From: a virus | Taxonomy: Duplodnaviria; Caudoviricetes | DNA length: 55,779 bases | IMG/VR virus record: IMGVR_UViG_3300000162_000007 | Span: 1 to 55,779 of that record | Reading direction: 5' to 3' (one strand) | Shown here: piece after piece, positions 53,715 to 55,779 of the stretch | How positions within the stretch are numbered: position 1 is the first letter of the stretch | Layout: each line of letters starts with the position of its first letter | The notes under the pieces: generated by a model | Told to the model about the DNA's origin: nothing | Seen by the model: only the letters and a program-made list of their open reading frames with translations | The model's database searches: none | Program-made: the position numbers and the translations under genes

Positions 53715-55712
53715 TTACCAACTACTATTTGATAATTCTACTCGTTTCCAAATATTGTTAGTTCCACTTATATAATCTTCAAAACAATAATATATGTAAT
53801 TACCATCCGATGCAATCATACCATTCAAATCCCCCGCTTGTCCTTTACTTGTTGTTGGATAGTTTGCACCCAATACAACACCATTTACTTTAATTAAACC
53901 ATTAAATTCTGCATTTAAATTACTTCTTAATGTAAGTGCAGTATTAGTATGTACATCACCATCCGGACTTACATTAAAATCAATTTTACCAGGACTACTA
54001 CCATCACCAATCGTTATACCATCTGCATCATCTGCACTAAAAACGATATTAGCAAATTCTTTATAATCAGTTCCTGCCCAACCGGTTGCTACTATTTCTA
54101 ATAATGCCATACCAGGTGTTATATCGGTATCAGTATCATCATCACTATTACTACGAGCCGATGCTAATATTGGTTGAATTTCAGTTGAATGTCTGTGTAA
54201 TATTAATTGACCAACGTAATCACTTCCATAATTACTAATTACTAATTGTGAATTATATTCAGTTCCTGCTACTGTTATATTGTTATCATCACCTTCAACA
54301 TCACCAATAACCATTCTGTCGGTATCTACAATTGTTCCGGATACATACAATGAACCTGTAATTGTTTTATTACCCACCATCGTATAATTACCCGTTTGAG
54401 TATAATTACCGACCTGTGTCATTGAACCACTAATGTATTGGAATGAACCTGTTGCTGCAATAAATGATGCATTTCCAACCAATTGCATACCACCCGCAGA
54501 TATTAAGATGTTTCCACTTACGTTTGATAATGCCGTATTTGGTTGTCCTGGAATACCTGCTATGTTGATTGAACCCGATGAAACAAATATATCACTAAAA
54601 GGTCTATCTACCGTTCCTAATGTTGCTCCTCTTGCTGATTTTGGAACGATGTTTCCACCCAATTCAGTTGTTCCACTTATAAATAATGAACCACTTATAG
54701 TTTCGTTTCCGTTAAATGTGTTTGAACCTGTAGTTGCAAATCCTAATGCACTAATTTGAGAACTACCACTTATAACTCCATTAGGTAAAGTTGCATTAAT
54801 TCCATTTTGTCCAATTGTTGCTACTAATTGATCTCCTACAATGAATTTAATACCTTCGTTTGTAGGAACAATTTGTGAACTACCACTTACATTAGATATA
54901 AATGTTTTAAATCCAATTGGTGTTCCTACTTCTTGTTCCCATTCAAAATCTATAATATATTTTTTAGATTCATTATTAAATTCATTAATTGATGCTGTAC
55001 TATTAGAACTATAATCCCAACCATCAATAGGTAAATCATCACTAACTACACCTCTTAAACCACTACCATCTCCTTGAAATGAACCACTAAAACTACCACT
55101 ATTATTTCCTTGACTTAAATCAATTCCATTAAGATATAATGAACCTGTTATTTCTACTGAACCTGTAAATGTATGTGTATCATCAACCGTATCACCAAAA
55201 TTTGTTGAACCACTTTGATATATAGTAGATGATGAAATAATATTTATGTTGAACTGTCTAGCATTAACTGCACCAAATACATTCAAATCTTCTGTTATGT
55301 ATTGTGAACCACTTATAACGGTATAACCATGATTAACCGTCATTGTATCATTTACTTTTAATGACTCAAATGAACCACTTCCATTTATTCTTAATTCTGA
55401 ACCTGTGATACTTCCTAATACATCTAAATCTGTATTGCCTACTATATCACCTTTAATATAAGCACCACCACTTACATTTAAATCATTTTTAATTATGATT
55501 TCACCAAATGAACCCGTATCTGTAATTGAAATTGAACCTGTTGTTGTAGAATCCGTTGTTACGATTGTTTGTATAGACTCAACCGAACCTGATTTGTTAA
55601 AATAAATTTTACCATCGTAGGTATTAACTGCTAATTCACCCAAATGAAGTGAACCCGTATCAGGAACTTTACCAGTAAGCGAGGAACGCTTTAGTATAAT
55701 ATTTTGAGCCAT
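53715..55712 (-). CDS. Tail fibre-like structural protein
   Basis: IILKRS..GELAVNTYDGKIY N-terminal module, many SGS/TGS beta repeats, and a YIYYC..WKR C-terminus. Confidence 0.78.
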   Translation of the reverse strand: MAQNIILKRSSLTGKVPDTGSLHLGELAVNTYDGKIYFNKSGSVESIQTIVTTDSTTTGSISITDTGSFGEIIIKNDLNVSGGAYIKGDIVGNTDLDVLGSITGSELRINGSGSFESLKVNDTMTVNHGYTVISGSQYITEDLNVFGAVNARQFNINIISSSTIYQSGSTNFGDTVDDTHTFTGSVEITGSLYLNGIDLSQGNNSGSFSGSFQGDGSGLRGVVSDDLPIDGWDYSSNSTASINEFNNESKKYIIDFEWEQEVGTPIGFKTFISNVSGSSQIVPTNEGIKFIVGDQLVATIGQNGINATLPNGVISGSSQISALGFATTGSNTFNGNETISGSLFISGTTELGGNIVPKSARGATLGTVDRPFSDIFVSSGSINIAGIPGQPNTALSNVSGNILISAGGMQLVGNASFIAATGSFQYISGSMTQVGNYTQTGNYTMVGNKTITGSLYVSGTIVDTDRMVIGDVEGDDNNITVAGTEYNSQLVISNYGSDYVGQLILHRHSTEIQPILASARSNSDDDTDTDITPGMALLEIVATGWAGTDYKEFANIVFSADDADGITIGDGSSPGKIDFNVSPDGDVHTNTALTLRSNLNAEFNGLIKVNGVVLGANYPTTSKGQAGDLNGMIASDGNYIYYCFEDYISGTNNIWKRVELSNSSW

Positions 55713-55748
55713 ATGTATGGAAACGTTTTTTAATGTTATCTAACAACG

Positions 55749-55774
55749 AAAAAAGGGTACTATATAGTACCCTT
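55749..55774 (-). terminator. Terminator-like hairpin
   Basis: AAGGGTACTA-TA-TAGTACCCTT followed by TTTT. Confidence 0.65.
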
Positions 55775-55779
55775 ATAAA

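Noticed and set aside
170-54759. Plus-strand ORFs in the ORF track
   Set aside because: They are antisense shadows of minus-strand genes or tRNAs, with no recognisable motifs.
1-55779. Stop-codon reassignment or suppressor tRNA
   Set aside because: Long genes are intact in the standard code, TAG and TGA both end genes, and no CTA, TTA or TCA anticodon was found.

Overview
This is a 55.8 kb AT-rich segment of a large T4-like (myovirus) phage genome, with all credible genes on the minus strand and no sign of genetic-code reassignment. Repeated TTTG-N19/20-TAnnTTTG-type promoters point to a Bacteroidota host (inference). In transcription order (right to left) it contains: Ser/Ala-rich tail fibres, a glycosyltransferase, a Hint-domain protein, tail sheath/tube/chaperone/tape-measure/baseplate genes, a PhyH dioxygenase, a divergent PolA, a CysC/nucleotidyltransferase/RimK cluster, SSB-UvsX-RNase H-helicase, class II RNR, PhoH, thioredoxin, a GHKL-like/methyltransferase pair, an AAA ATPase, a 5 kb RNA island, a nucleosidase, an Acb1-like 2H phosphoesterase, PolB, the sliding clamp, an HNH endonuclease and a second methyltransferase-like gene. 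The RNA island holds tmRNA, a GOLLD-like giant RNA, 20 near-canonical tRNAs, and several aberrant tRNA-like and unexplained structured RNAs. The top finding is an unannotated 22-codon leader peptide (MKALTLHTLCSTPNQIWYGRDM, 10497-10565) using 17 different amino acids. It is embedded in a complete protector/antiterminator/terminator attenuator directly upstream of the tRNA array, and its composition covers all 12 amino acids of the first tRNA block. It looks like a multi-tRNA depletion sensor that switches on phage tRNAs on demand. All product calls come from motif recognition by eye and all RNA folds are hand-derived; no database search or folding program was run.
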